64,000 nt of DNA from an uncultured Actinomycetota bacterium (GTDB taxonomy: Bacteria; Actinomycetota; Actinomycetes; JAHEKZ01): contig CAWHIJ010000003.1 in assembly GCA_963829525.1 (NCBI GenBank), forward strand, positions 1,792,001-1,856,000. The letters run 5' to 3'. The notes beneath the pieces are model-generated. The model saw only the letters and a program-made list of their open reading frames with translations. It searched no databases and was not told the origin of the DNA. Below are positions 28,563-38,330 of this stretch, piece after piece. The position numbers and the translations under genes were made by a program. The stretch's first letter is position 1; each line of letters begins with the position of its first letter.

Positions 28563-29138
28563 CTATGGGTCAACGCGCATGAACCACACGTGGGGGCCTT
28601 CGCCCGGCATGTCCTGTTCTTCGACCACTTCGAACCCGAAGCGCTCGTAGTACGGGACATTGCCGGCCACTGAAGTCTCCAAGAATGCGCCAGCCCCAGC
28701 TGCGGCTGCGAGGTCGAGGCCGTGCCGGATCAGTGCACCGCCGAGCCCGTCTCCCTGCGCATCCGGATCGACACCGAGCACTTCGAGGTACCACGCGTCA
28801 CCGGGAACAAAGGACTCGATCCACGCCCACGTCTGTTCCGCGTTCGGTACCCCAAGGTCCTCGCTTGCCAGCCCGCTACCGGGAAACGGAGAGGAGTCCA
28901 CGACACGGACGCCTGGCGGTACCCACACCGCGACTGCTCGACAGCCGCCGGCCTCCCAGACCATGCCTCGCTCGGTCGGTGCCGCATAGATCCGCTGGGC
29001 AAACTTGGCGATATCGCCCGAGAGCCCCGCACCGCCAAACGACCACTGGAAGATCGGGTCGGCCCTGAGCGACCGACCGAGCACACTCGCCAGGCTAGGA
29101 AGCTCGGCAAGGGTGGCCCGCCTGATGACGGTGCCCAA
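28563..29138 (-). CDS. GNAT family N-acetyltransferase
   Basis: WYLEVLGVDPDAQGDGLG and LETS...NVPYYERFGF; TTG start inferred. Confidence 0.85.
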   Translation of the reverse strand: MGTVIRRATLAELPSLASVLGRSLRADPIFQWSFGGAGLSGDIAKFAQRIYAAPTERGMVWEAGGCRAVAVWVPPGVRVVDSSPFPGSGLASEDLGVPNAEQTWAWIESFVPGDAWYLEVLGVDPDAQGDGLGGALIRHGLDLAAAAGAGAFLETSVAGNVPYYERFGFEVVEEQDMPGEGPHVWFMRVDP

Positions 29139-29139
29139 A

Positions 29140-30033
29140 TCAGGCAGGGTCGGCGCTTGTGCGGAAGGCCTGACCGAGCTGGGCCATGGCGCCGGAGAGC
29201 TCAGCCGGCAGAATCCAGAGTTTGTTCGACGGGCTGTTCGCGATCTGTGGAAGCGCTTGCAGGTACTGGTAGGCGAGCAGCTTGGGGTCAGGATCAGCGC
29301 GGTGGATGGCATCGAACACTGTTTGGATGGCCGACGCCTCGCCCTCAGCCCGCACGATGGCCGCTCGAGCCGCCCCTTCGGCCTCCAAGATGGCCGACTG
29401 CTTGGCACCCTCCGCTGTCAAGATCGCCGACTGCCGAATACCCTCCGCGGTCAAGATGGTGGCCCGCTTCTCGCGCTCGGCCCGCATCTGGATCTCCATC
29501 GCCTGCTGAACCGATGCAGGTGGGTCGATCGCCTTGATCTCAACTCGGTTGACTCGAATCCCCCACTTCCCGGTGGCTTCGTCGAGAACACCTCGAAGCC
29601 CCAAGTTGATGTCCTCACGCGAGGTGAGCGTGCGCTCGAGGTCCATGCCACCAGCGACGTTGCGCAACGTCGTGACGGTGAGCTGCTCGATGGCCTGGAT
29701 GTAGTTGGCGATCTCGTAGGTGGCCGACTTGGGGTCGGTGACCTGGAAGTAGATGACCGAGTCGATGCTGACGACGAGGTTGTCAGCAGTGATTACTGGC
29801 TGCGGCGGGAATGAGACCACCTGTTCGCGGAGGTCGATCAGTGGCCGTACTCGGTCGACGAAAGGGATGACGAGCGTCAGCCCTGGGGAGAGAGTCCGGT
29901 GGTACTTGCCCAGGCGCTCGACAATCCCGGCGCTCGCCTGCGGGATGATCCGGATCGCCTTGGCAAGGACGATCAGCACAAAGAGCGCGACGATCGCGAC
30001 GACGATCCAGACGGCGTAGTTCTCCATGCTCAC
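29140..30033 (-). CDS. SPFH/band 7 (stomatin-like) protein
   Basis: IVERLGKY...PGL..VIPFVD, QPVITADN and QMRAEREKRA motifs. Confidence 0.93.
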   Translation of the reverse strand: MSMENYAVWIVVAIVALFVLIVLAKAIRIIPQASAGIVERLGKYHRTLSPGLTLVIPFVDRVRPLIDLREQVVSFPPQPVITADNLVVSIDSVIYFQVTDPKSATYEIANYIQAIEQLTVTTLRNVAGGMDLERTLTSREDINLGLRGVLDEATGKWGIRVNRVEIKAIDPPASVQQAMEIQMRAEREKRATILTAEGIRQSAILTAEGAKQSAILEAEGAARAAIVRAEGEASAIQTVFDAIHRADPDPKLLAYQYLQALPQIANSPSNKLWILPAELSGAMAQLGQAFRTSADPA

Positions 30034-30488
30034 TCCCCTGTCGAACCGGAGACCGGTTCAGTGTTGGGGGCGTCGACGACCGCCGTCGCCCCTTCAATGG
30101 AAATCACCACAAGGTCCGCACCCGCCTGGAACTCCGTACCAGGGTGGCGGACCCGCGCTGACCAGATCTCCCCGCCGATCTTGACCCTCCCCCCTCGGGC
30201 GTCGACACGCTCCACGACCAGCGCACCGGCCCCGATGAGCGCGTCGACGTTGGTATCGGTTCCCTCAGTCTTGAGCATCCGCAGTCCCATGGGACGGAGG
30301 ACGAACAGCGTCAGCATCGCCGCGAAGACCGCGGCCAGACCCTGCGCCAGCACTGGAGCACCGAAGGCCGCGACGATGGCGCCTGCCACCGCTCCCACCG
30401 CAAGGCTCGCAAAAACGAGGTCAAGCGTGAGCGCCTCGATGCCAAGGAGCACCAACGCTCCGAGAACCCACCATCCCCATTCAGGCAT
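30030..30488 (-). CDS. NfeD family protein
   Basis: TM N-terminus + GRVKIGGEIWSAR OB fold; upstream of SPFH gene. Confidence 0.9.
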   Translation of the reverse strand: MPEWGWWVLGALVLLGIEALTLDLVFASLAVGAVAGAIVAAFGAPVLAQGLAAVFAAMLTLFVLRPMGLRMLKTEGTDTNVDALIGAGALVVERVDARGGRVKIGGEIWSARVRHPGTEFQAGADLVVISIEGATAVVDAPNTEPVSGSTGE

Positions 30489-30547
30489 GTCGCGAGCGTA
30501 GCGCTCCACTCGGCACGAGGTGGCCGAAGGTCCGATAGCGTCGGCGC

Positions 30548-31729
30548 GTGGCCGAGGACATGGCGTGGACAGCTGCTCGCATCCGGGCCAGCGACCTCGG
30601 CTCGGAGTCTGTGCGGCGCTCGGTTGCTGACCTCGACCATGCGATGGGCAGGGTGCTCGTCAGCGACCTGCACTCGTTGGTCGACCTCCCTCCCTTCGAT
30701 ACATCTGCGATGGACGGGTGGGCAGTCCTCGGTCAGGGCCCCTGGACGGTGGTGGGTGAATGTCGCGCCGGCGACCCACCACGCGCGTTGGACCAGCGGG
30801 AGTGCGTGCGCATCAGCACCGGCGCTATCGCTCCTGCCGGTTCAACTGTTCTGCGCAGCGAAGAGGGCCAGGAGCTGAACGGAGTGGTGACGTCGACCCA
30901 CTTCACGCCTTCGAAGGGGAAAGACATCCGGCAGCGCGGTGAAGAAGTGCGCACCGGTGAGCGAATTCTGCAGAAAGGTCAGCTGCTCACTCCTCCCGCA
31001 CTGGGGCTCGTGGCCGCTGCGGGCCTCGACACCGTCGAGGTCGTTCCACTGCCCCGGGTGGCCGTACTGGTCCTTGGCGATGAACTCGCCCACCAGGGGC
31101 TGCCGGTCGATGGACACGTGCGCGACGCTCTGTCGCCGCAGCTGCCTGCCTGGGTCTCGGCGATGGGAGCCGAGCTGGTGGCGCTCACGCGAGTCGCCGA
31201 CTCGCAGACCGCCACTCAAAGTGCGTTGGACAGCGCCGACGCGGACGTCGTGATCACCACCGGAGGCACGGCTCGCGGGCCAGCTGACCATATTCGGAAC
31301 GCCGTCGAGGCTACCTCCGGGAGGTGGCTCGTCGACGGTGTAGCCGTACGCCCTGGGCATCCCATGAAGCTCGCCGTGCTCAATGGGGAGCGTGCCCTTG
31401 TTGCGCTGCCCGGCAATCCGTTAGCAGCCCTCTCCGGCCTGGTCACCTTGGCCTGGCCACTGCTGGACGCGTTGGCCGGCCGAACCCCACGTCCCTCACT
31501 TCATCGACCCCTCGTTGCAGGTGTCGATGCTTCGCCAGGCGCCCACCGCCTTGTCCCTGGCGAGATGGAGGCTGGCGCGGTACGCCTGACCACCCGACGT
31601 GGACCGGCAATGTTGTCGGGCATGGCGACCGCCGACGTTCTGGCGGTCGTCCCTCCGGGGGCACGCGCCGAGGCTGGGAGCAACGTGGAGGTGCTCGCGA
31701 TGCCGTGGGGGTCTGGACTGCTCGTGTGA
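30548..31729 (+). CDS. moeA: Molybdopterin molybdotransferase
   Basis: LPPFDTSAMDGWA, ITTGG, VRPGHP and LPGNP motifs. Confidence 0.9.
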   Translation: MAEDMAWTAARIRASDLGSESVRRSVADLDHAMGRVLVSDLHSLVDLPPFDTSAMDGWAVLGQGPWTVVGECRAGDPPRALDQRECVRISTGAIAPAGSTVLRSEEGQELNGVVTSTHFTPSKGKDIRQRGEEVRTGERILQKGQLLTPPALGLVAAAGLDTVEVVPLPRVAVLVLGDELAHQGLPVDGHVRDALSPQLPAWVSAMGAELVALTRVADSQTATQSALDSADADVVITTGGTARGPADHIRNAVEATSGRWLVDGVAVRPGHPMKLAVLNGERALVALPGNPLAALSGLVTLAWPLLDALAGRTPRPSLHRPLVAGVDASPGAHRLVPGEMEAGAVRLTTRRGPAMLSGMATADVLAVVPPGARAEAGSNVEVLAMPWGSGLLV

Positions 31730-31732
31730 GAC

Positions 31733-32536
31733 TCAGGGCAGTGATGCGCTCGGGGGCAACAGGGCCCTGGCAAAGTATCGGCCCGAATGCTCGGACAGGA
31801 GCAACGGAAGCCCGAAGGTGGCAGTGAGCCACGGGGTGGTGACCACCTGGTCGAGGGGACCGGCAGCGACGATGCGACCCCCACGCATCAGCAGAGCGTG
31901 GGTGGTGTGCTGCGGGATCTCCTCGACATGGTGGGTCACCAAAACCATCACCGGGCCATCTGGGGTCGATGCGACCATGGAGAGCCGACCGAGCAGATCC
32001 TCCCGTGAGCCGAGGTCGAGCCCAGCGGCTGGCTCATCGAGAATCAACAGCTCGGGATCGGTCATGAGTGCTCTGGCGATCTGGACACGTTTACGCTCGC
32101 CCTCGCTCAGGGTCCCATAGGTACGTTGGGTGAGAGGGCCAGCTCCCAGCCGGGCCAAGAGGTTTTCTCCCCGTTGGATGTCCATCGACAAGTAGCTCTC
32201 ACGCCATCGACCCGTCACGGCGTAACCAGCGGACATCACGACGTCGAGAACCCGCTCGTCGAGTGGAATCAGCTCCGCAAGCGCGGCGCTGGTAAGCCCG
32301 ATGCGAGGTCGGAGCTCGAAGACGTCCACGGCCCCCAGTCGTTCTCCCAACACGCTGGCGCTGCCGGCCGTCGGGTGCATGCGCGCCGAAGCGATCTGCA
32401 ACAAAGTCGTCTTACCGGCACCGTTGGGGCCAAGGATCACCCACCGCTCACCCTCCTCGACCCTCCAGCTGACCTGGTCGAGGATTCGGGTGCCGCCGCG
32501 AACCACCGTCACATCGCGGAGTTCGAGAACGGACAC
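31733..32536 (-). CDS. ABC ATP-binding protein (YlmA/ModF-like)
   Basis: GPNGAGKT, LSEGE and LILDEP motifs. Confidence 0.9.
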   Translation of the reverse strand: MSVLELRDVTVVRGGTRILDQVSWRVEEGERWVILGPNGAGKTTLLQIASARMHPTAGSASVLGERLGAVDVFELRPRIGLTSAALAELIPLDERVLDVVMSAGYAVTGRWRESYLSMDIQRGENLLARLGAGPLTQRTYGTLSEGERKRVQIARALMTDPELLILDEPAAGLDLGSREDLLGRLSMVASTPDGPVMVLVTHHVEEIPQHTTHALLMRGGRIVAAGPLDQVVTTPWLTATFGLPLLLSEHSGRYFARALLPPSASLP

Positions 32537-32599
32537 ACAACCAACCTAAGCCCGACACCCTGTGCGGGCCTCGACGGACGCGCGGCCTACCGTTGCCGG

Positions 32600-33349
32600 G
32601 TGTCTGTCGCACTGCTCCAGCAAGCCGCCTCTCACGCGGCCTGGTTGAGCGCAGTGCTCCGGGGATCCGTCGGCGTCGAACAGACGCTGGATGTTCTCAG
32701 TGCTGGCGCTGAACCACCGATGTTTGTGTTCTTGGACACCGCCGACCCATTGACCCTGCCCTTCGCCGTTGCTGAGTGGCGTCGACGTGGCGTCGCCGGA
32801 TGGCTCTACCTGCCACTCGCACCTGGCGATGCCGCAGCGATCCCCGGTCCCGGGTCCTTCTCAGCGGCCGCGCTCGACAAGGGCGTGGCACTGGTTACGG
32901 CCGGGGCACCTCTTGTTGGCCTTATCCCGCATCAATCCGGGCGCGGCTTGCTTTGGGAAGAGCACGAGACCTCCGGACCCGGTCGACCACCCCTCGAGTC
33001 ACCCGCTGAGGCTGACCGCCTGCTGCTCGAGGCACTCAACCGCGCGGTAACGGCGCTGGAGACCCACGACCTGGGCAGCTGGCGCGATGAGGCTGACGCC
33101 CTGCGCGACCAATGGGCGGGGTCGGAGCCCATGCCACCAGGAACTGACCCGAGAAGTGAGCGGATTGCGCAACGGAGCCGGCGAATCCTGGAATTGCTTG
33201 AGCGCGCGACCTCTGATGACGGTGGAAGCCGAACGGCTGCAGATGTGGCCATCCGCCGGTCTGCCTTTGCCGACTTGTCCCGGGCCGCGCGACAGGCCCA
33301 CGCCGTCGCATGGAACACCGGTCTCCGTCGAGCGGCCGAGCCTGGGTAG
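32600..33349 (+). CDS. Hypothetical protein
   Basis: ORF fills the gap before serB; TACCGT 6 nt upstream of GTG 32600. Confidence 0.6.
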   Translation: MSVALLQQAASHAAWLSAVLRGSVGVEQTLDVLSAGAEPPMFVFLDTADPLTLPFAVAEWRRRGVAGWLYLPLAPGDAAAIPGPGSFSAAALDKGVALVTAGAPLVGLIPHQSGRGLLWEEHETSGPGRPPLESPAEADRLLLEALNRAVTALETHDLGSWRDEADALRDQWAGSEPMPPGTDPRSERIAQRSRRILELLERATSDDGGSRTAADVAIRRSAFADLSRAARQAHAVAWNTGLRRAAEPG

Positions 33350-33361
33350 CGTTGATTCGCC

Positions 33362-34630
33362 ATGAATGATCTCCACCTTTCACCGCTGACACCAGAGCCG
33401 CATCCCACAGAGGTCACCGTCACCGGGACTGCTGTCCTGTTGACGATTTCAGGTCCAGACCGTCCAGGGGTCAGCCGAACCTTCTTCTCGGCGATGGACG
33501 CGCTGCCCATCTTGGTTCTTGACGTCGAGCAGGTCGTGACCAGCGGACAGCTCATCCTTGCCTCGCTGATGGTCCCTGACCCCGCAGCACACCAGAGCCG
33601 GACGGACATCACCACCACCCTGGATGCAATCGAGACCACTGCCATGGCCGTCGTGGCAGGTTTGGGTCTTTCACTCCAACGTGAGCGCCGACCAGCGGCA
33701 GAAGGCGCAGCGGTGCCTGCACAGACGCATGTGACGGTGCTCGGCTCGCCGCTTCGACCAGGGGCGCTGGCGACGATCGCGCGCACTGTGGCCGAGTGCG
33801 ACGGGAATATCGAGAACATCGAACGGCTCGCCGCCTATCCGGTGACCGCGATCGAGCTTCACGTATCCGGAGCCGACCAGCAGGTCCTGCGTCGACGTCT
33901 GGCCGCCGAGGCTGCAAACTCCTCGATCGATGTGGCCGTCCAAGCGGCCGGACTGCACCGACGTGCCAAAGGTTTGGTCGTCATGGACGTCGACTCCACC
34001 CTGATCCAGGGTGAGGTCATTGAGATGCTCGCTGCGCATGCCGGATGCGAGTCACAGGTAGCTGCAATCACCGAGTCAGCAATGCGAGGTGAGATCGACT
34101 TCACCGAGTCGTTGCGGCGCCGGGTCCGCCTGCTGGCTGGTCTGGACGCCGGCGCCCTTGACTCAGTTGCCTCATCTGTTGTGCTGACGCCGGGTGCGCG
34201 GACTCTCATCCGTACCCTCCGGAGGCTGGGCTACCGGTGCGGCATCGTCAGCGGCGGATTCGACGTCGTCACCGATCACCTGGCCGCTGAGCTCGAGTTG
34301 GATTTCTCACTGGCCAATCGTCTTGAAGTGCGCGATGGGGTCCTGACCGGAGAAGTGCTGGAACCCATTGTCGACCGCGCGGCAAAAGCAGAGGCGCTCC
34401 GCGCCTTCGCCAGGGCCGCAAACGTGCCGTTGGCTCAGACCGTCTCCATCGGAGACGGTGCCAACGACCTGGACATGCTGCAGACGGCCGGGCTGGGTAT
34501 CGCGTTCAACGCCAAGCCGCTGGTGCAAGCGGCCGCTGACACCTCGGTCAATGTGCCGTACCTCGACACGATTCTCTTTCTGCTCGGGATCAGCAGGGCT
34601 GAGGTCGAGGTGGCCGACGGCGATTGGTGA
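33362..34630 (+). CDS. serB: Phosphoserine phosphatase with ACT domains
   Basis: GPDRPGV ACT motif, MDVDSTLI, SGGF and GDGANDLDM. Confidence 0.95.
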   Translation: MNDLHLSPLTPEPHPTEVTVTGTAVLLTISGPDRPGVSRTFFSAMDALPILVLDVEQVVTSGQLILASLMVPDPAAHQSRTDITTTLDAIETTAMAVVAGLGLSLQRERRPAAEGAAVPAQTHVTVLGSPLRPGALATIARTVAECDGNIENIERLAAYPVTAIELHVSGADQQVLRRRLAAEAANSSIDVAVQAAGLHRRAKGLVVMDVDSTLIQGEVIEMLAAHAGCESQVAAITESAMRGEIDFTESLRRRVRLLAGLDAGALDSVASSVVLTPGARTLIRTLRRLGYRCGIVSGGFDVVTDHLAAELELDFSLANRLEVRDGVLTGEVLEPIVDRAAKAEALRAFARAANVPLAQTVSIGDGANDLDMLQTAGLGIAFNAKPLVQAAADTSVNVPYLDTILFLLGISRAEVEVADGDW

Positions 34631-34634
34631 CTGG

Positions 34635-35105
34635 CTAACGGGCGACGACGACCTCGTCCAGAGATGCCGTTCCTGGTCCCCAATCGCGCCACGCACCGGC
34701 TGAACGCAGAATCGCGAAGGTCGACGTCTTCATCGTCACCGGAACGCCAGACAGCAGGCCTGCGAGCTCCTCGATCCCCTCATTGTGACCGACCAGCAGC
34801 ACGTCCCCCGCGCTCTCAGGCAGCTGGCACACGACCGCCAGCAGCTCATCGCTGCCCGCAAGGTAGAGCTCAGGCGAGATGCGTTGCTGACCGACGCTCA
34901 GCGACCGGCACGCCGACTGCCATGTCTGTTGCGCACGCAGTCCTGAGGACACCAGGGCCAGGTCAAAGGTCGGTATGCGCTCTGCGAGCTCCCTGCCGGC
35001 TACTGGAGCCTCGCGCAGACCACGCTCACTCAGCGGCCGGTCATGATCACTTACGCCCTCGGGGTAGGCAGACTTTGCGTGCCGAAGAAGAACGAGGGTG
35101 GGCAT
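34635..35105 (-). CDS. SixA-like histidine phosphatase
   Basis: LLRHAKS, DHDRPL and VGHNEG motifs. Confidence 0.88.
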   Translation of the reverse strand: MPTLVLLRHAKSAYPEGVSDHDRPLSERGLREAPVAGRELAERIPTFDLALVSSGLRAQQTWQSACRSLSVGQQRISPELYLAGSDELLAVVCQLPESAGDVLLVGHNEGIEELAGLLSGVPVTMKTSTFAILRSAGAWRDWGPGTASLDEVVVAR

Positions 35106-35108
35106 GGC

Positions 35109-35876
35109 TCAACCTCCGATCGCGTGCACTCCGCCATCGACGTGGATGATCTCCCCCGTCGTTGCCGGGAACCAGTCAGAGAGCAGCGCCACCGCCCCCT
35201 TGGCGGCCGGCACCGGATCGTTGACATCCCACCCGATGGGTGCGCGAGCCGTCCACATCGCCTCGAACTGCTTGAATCCTGGAATGCTCTTGGCCGCCAT
35301 CGTACGGATCGGCCCTGCCGCAACAAGGTTCACCCGGACCCCCTCACCACCGAGATCGCGGGCCAAGTAGCGCGACGTGGACTCGAAGGCGGCTTTGGCT
35401 ACGCCCATCCAGTCGTACGTCGGCCACGCAACGGTGGCGTCAAAGGTGAGTCCAACCACCGAGGAACCTGGCGTCAGGAGGGGACGGCAGGCAACTGTCA
35501 ACGATTTCAGCGAGAACGCTGAGATCTGCATCGCCACGGCAACGTCGGCCCACTCGGTGTGGAGGAAGTTCCCGCCGAGCGCACCTGCCGGAGCGAACCC
35601 GATGGAGTGCAGCACCCCGTCCAGAGCGTCAACGTGGGCTCCGACGCGTTCGGGGAGCGCGGCCAGATCTTCGTCGGAGGTGACGTCGAGCTCGATGACC
35701 GGCGCCTCTGCGGGGAGCCGCTTGGCGATCCGCTCGACGAGGCGCAGGGTGCGCGCCTGCGAGCTGAGCACGATCGTCGCCCCTTGCTCTTGAGCAAGAC
35801 GGGCCACGTGGAAGGCGATCGAAGCCTCGGTGAGCACTCCGGTGACAAGTACTCGCTTGTTGGCCAGCAACGACAT
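35109..35876 (-). CDS. fabI: Enoyl-ACP reductase (FabI/InhA)
   Basis: SIAFHVA, HSIGFAP, YDWMGVAK and AGPIRTMA motifs. Confidence 0.95.
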   Translation of the reverse strand: MSLLANKRVLVTGVLTEASIAFHVARLAQEQGATIVLSSQARTLRLVERIAKRLPAEAPVIELDVTSDEDLAALPERVGAHVDALDGVLHSIGFAPAGALGGNFLHTEWADVAVAMQISAFSLKSLTVACRPLLTPGSSVVGLTFDATVAWPTYDWMGVAKAAFESTSRYLARDLGGEGVRVNLVAAGPIRTMAAKSIPGFKQFEAMWTARAPIGWDVNDPVPAAKGAVALLSDWFPATTGEIIHVDGGVHAIGG

Positions 35877-35968
35877 GCCTGCTCCTGCACTCGGGGGTTG
35901 AACCGCTCGGGTGGGACCGCTCGGGGATGAACGAGGTGTTTCGGGGTGATCGTAGGGGTTCGCAGCTA

Positions 35969-36673
35969 TCAATGGCCCATGCCCAAGCCTCCGTCGACGG
36001 GAATGACTGCTCCGGTGACATAAGCAGCGCCATCGCTGGCCAGAAAGGTGACGACGGAGGCGATCTCGCTCGGCGACGCATATCGGCCGAGCGGGATCTG
36101 ACCCATGATCTGGGCTTTCCGCTCTTCGGAGATCTCCGCGGTCATGTCGGTCTCAACAAAGCCAGGAGCCACGACATTGGCGGTGATTCCGCGCGACCCG
36201 AGCTCGCGCGCCGTCGAGCGGGCAAACCCGATGAGACCCGCCTTTGCTGCGGCGTAGTTCGTCTGGCCCGCTGAACCCAGCGTGGCGACGACGGACGAGA
36301 TGAAGATCAGCCGCCCACGCTTCATGCGCAGCATCCCCTTGCTGGCTCGTTTGGCGACCCGGAACGAACCCACCAGGTTGGTCTGCAGCACGATGTCGAA
36401 GTCTTCGTCTGTCATGCGGAGCAACAGCGTGTCCCTGGTGATGCCGGCATTGGCGACCAGCACCTCCACGGGCCCCTGGTGTTCCTCGACGGCAGCAAAT
36501 GCGGTGTCGAGGGAGCCAGGATCGGTGACGTCAGCGCGTACGGCAAAGACGCCTTCCGGCGGCTTCCCCGACCGGTAGGTGATCGCGACGTCGTCACCGA
36601 GGGCGACAAAGGCCTGCGCCACCTCCCAGCCGATTCCGCGGTTACCGCCAGTCACCAGTACCGAACGCGCCAC
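35969..36673 (-). CDS. fabG: 3-oxoacyl-ACP reductase
   Basis: TGGNRGIG, NAGITRD, YAAAK and DGGLGMGH; upstream of fabI. Confidence 0.95.
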   Translation of the reverse strand: MARSVLVTGGNRGIGWEVAQAFVALGDDVAITYRSGKPPEGVFAVRADVTDPGSLDTAFAAVEEHQGPVEVLVANAGITRDTLLLRMTDEDFDIVLQTNLVGSFRVAKRASKGMLRMKRGRLIFISSVVATLGSAGQTNYAAAKAGLIGFARSTARELGSRGITANVVAPGFVETDMTAEISEERKAQIMGQIPLGRYASPSEIASVVTFLASDGAAYVTGAVIPVDGGLGMGH

Positions 36674-36812
36674 GACTACTCCTTCCACGCCTGGGCACGG
36701 CAGACGCCGTACCGGGCCGAAACGCTACCGGCCTGCGGCGAGATCGGGATCATGCAGGTAGGTTCAGAGCATCGCCAACAAGGCCCCCAACGGGCCAGTG
36801 ACTGGAGGTCAG

Positions 36813-38330
36813 GTGAGCGTGCACACCCCGGACGCCATCGATGAGGAGTTCAGGTCGTTGCCGTTGCAGGCTCTGGCTGATGCCGCGCTGCAAGTCGCTC
36901 GTGATGGGGGCGCGACGTACGCCGCATTCCGGTTGGAGCGCATCCTGGGAACGTCACTACGACTGCGGGATGCCGACGTCGAGGGCGCCAACGACACCGA
37001 GGACGTCGGGTACTCCATCCGAGTCATCGTCGACGGAACGTGGGGCTTCGCCGCTGACGTCGACCGCTCGCCTGAGGCTGTTGTGCGTACCACCCGCCGC
37101 GCCCTCGAGCTGGCCAAGATCAGCGCACCGGTCAACACCGAACCGGTCGACCTGGCTCCAGAGCCCGCCCACCAGGGCACGTGGCGGTCGTCCTACGAGA
37201 TCGATCCGTGGTCGGTTCCTCAGGAAGACAAGCTCGCCTTGCTCCAGGACTGGAGTCGACGTCTGTTGGCTGCACCCGGTATTGACCACGTCGACACGTC
37301 CCTTTTTGCGGTCAAGGAGAACAAGTTCTACGCAGACTCATCCGGAACCGTGACCACCCAGCAGCGGGTGCGCATGTTCCCTGAGTTCGACGCGGTGGCG
37401 ATCAACGCCGATACCGGAGCATTCGAAACCATGGGAACGATCGCCCCCCCTGTCGGCCGGGGCTGGGAGTACCTCACGGGCCCTGGCTACGACTGGGCCG
37501 CCGAACTCGCCAGCCTGCCAGGTTGGCTCGTCGAGAAGCTCAACGCCCCCAGCGTCGAGCCGGGACGCTATGACCTCGTGATCGACCCGAGCAACTTGTG
37601 GCTGACCATCCACGAGTCCATCGGCCATGCTACAGAGCTCGACCGAGCACTTGGATACGAGGCTAACTACGCCGGAATGTCCTTCGCCACTCCCGACAAG
37701 CTCGGCACCCTGCAGTACGGCTCCCCAATCATGCACATCACCGGCGATCGAACTGTCGAGCACGGCCTGTCCAGCATCGGATGGGATGACGAGGGCGTCC
37801 AGACCCAGTCCTTCGACATCATCAAGGACGGCGTGCTCGTCGGCTATCAGCTCGACCGCAGAATCGCCTCGCGCGTCGGGTACCAGCGATCGAACGGCTG
37901 CGCGTTCGCCGACTCTCCAGGCCACGTTCCCATTCAGCGCATGGCCAACGTCAGCCTCCAGCCAGCCGCCGACGGGCCGTCGACGGAGCAGATGATCGCC
38001 GATGTCGAGGACGGTCTCTACATCGTCGGCGACAAGAGCTGGTCCATCGACATGCAGCGCTACAACTTCCAGTTCACCGGCCAACGCTTCTTCCGGATCA
38101 AGTCCGGCCAGCTCGCCGGACAGGTCAAGGACGTCGCCTATCAGGCGACCACCACCGACTTCTGGGGTTCGATGGCCGTCGTTGGCAGTCCGGAAACCTA
38201 CGTTCTCGGTGGAGCATTCAACTGCGGTAAGGCCCAACCCGGCCAAGTCGCACCCGTCAGCCACGGTGCGCCATCGGCCACCTTCACCGCCGTCAACGTC
38301 CTCAACACTGCAGCCGAGGGTGCCCGATGA
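36813..38330 (+). CDS. tldD: TldD metalloprotease subunit
   Basis: IHESIGH..E.D (HExxxH), QRMAN and CGKAQPGQ motifs. Confidence 0.9.
   Translation: MSVHTPDAIDEEFRSLPLQALADAALQVARDGGATYAAFRLERILGTSLRLRDADVEGANDTEDVGYSIRVIVDGTWGFAADVDRSPEAVVRTTRRALELAKISAPVNTEPVDLAPEPAHQGTWRSSYEIDPWSVPQEDKLALLQDWSRRLLAAPGIDHVDTSLFAVKENKFYADSSGTVTTQQRVRMFPEFDAVAINADTGAFETMGTIAPPVGRGWEYLTGPGYDWAAELASLPGWLVEKLNAPSVEPGRYDLVIDPSNLWLTIHESIGHATELDRALGYEANYAGMSFATPDKLGTLQYGSPIMHITGDRTVEHGLSSIGWDDEGVQTQSFDIIKDGVLVGYQLDRRIASRVGYQRSNGCAFADSPGHVPIQRMANVSLQPAADGPSTEQMIADVEDGLYIVGDKSWSIDMQRYNFQFTGQRFFRIKSGQLAGQVKDVAYQATTTDFWGSMAVVGSPETYVLGGAFNCGKAQPGQVAPVSHGAPSATFTAVNVLNTAAEGAR

Noticed and set aside
35877-35968. ncRNA or mobile remnant between fabG and fabI
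   Set aside because: Only a short ACCGCTCGGG duplication and G-runs; no convincing structure or terminal repeats
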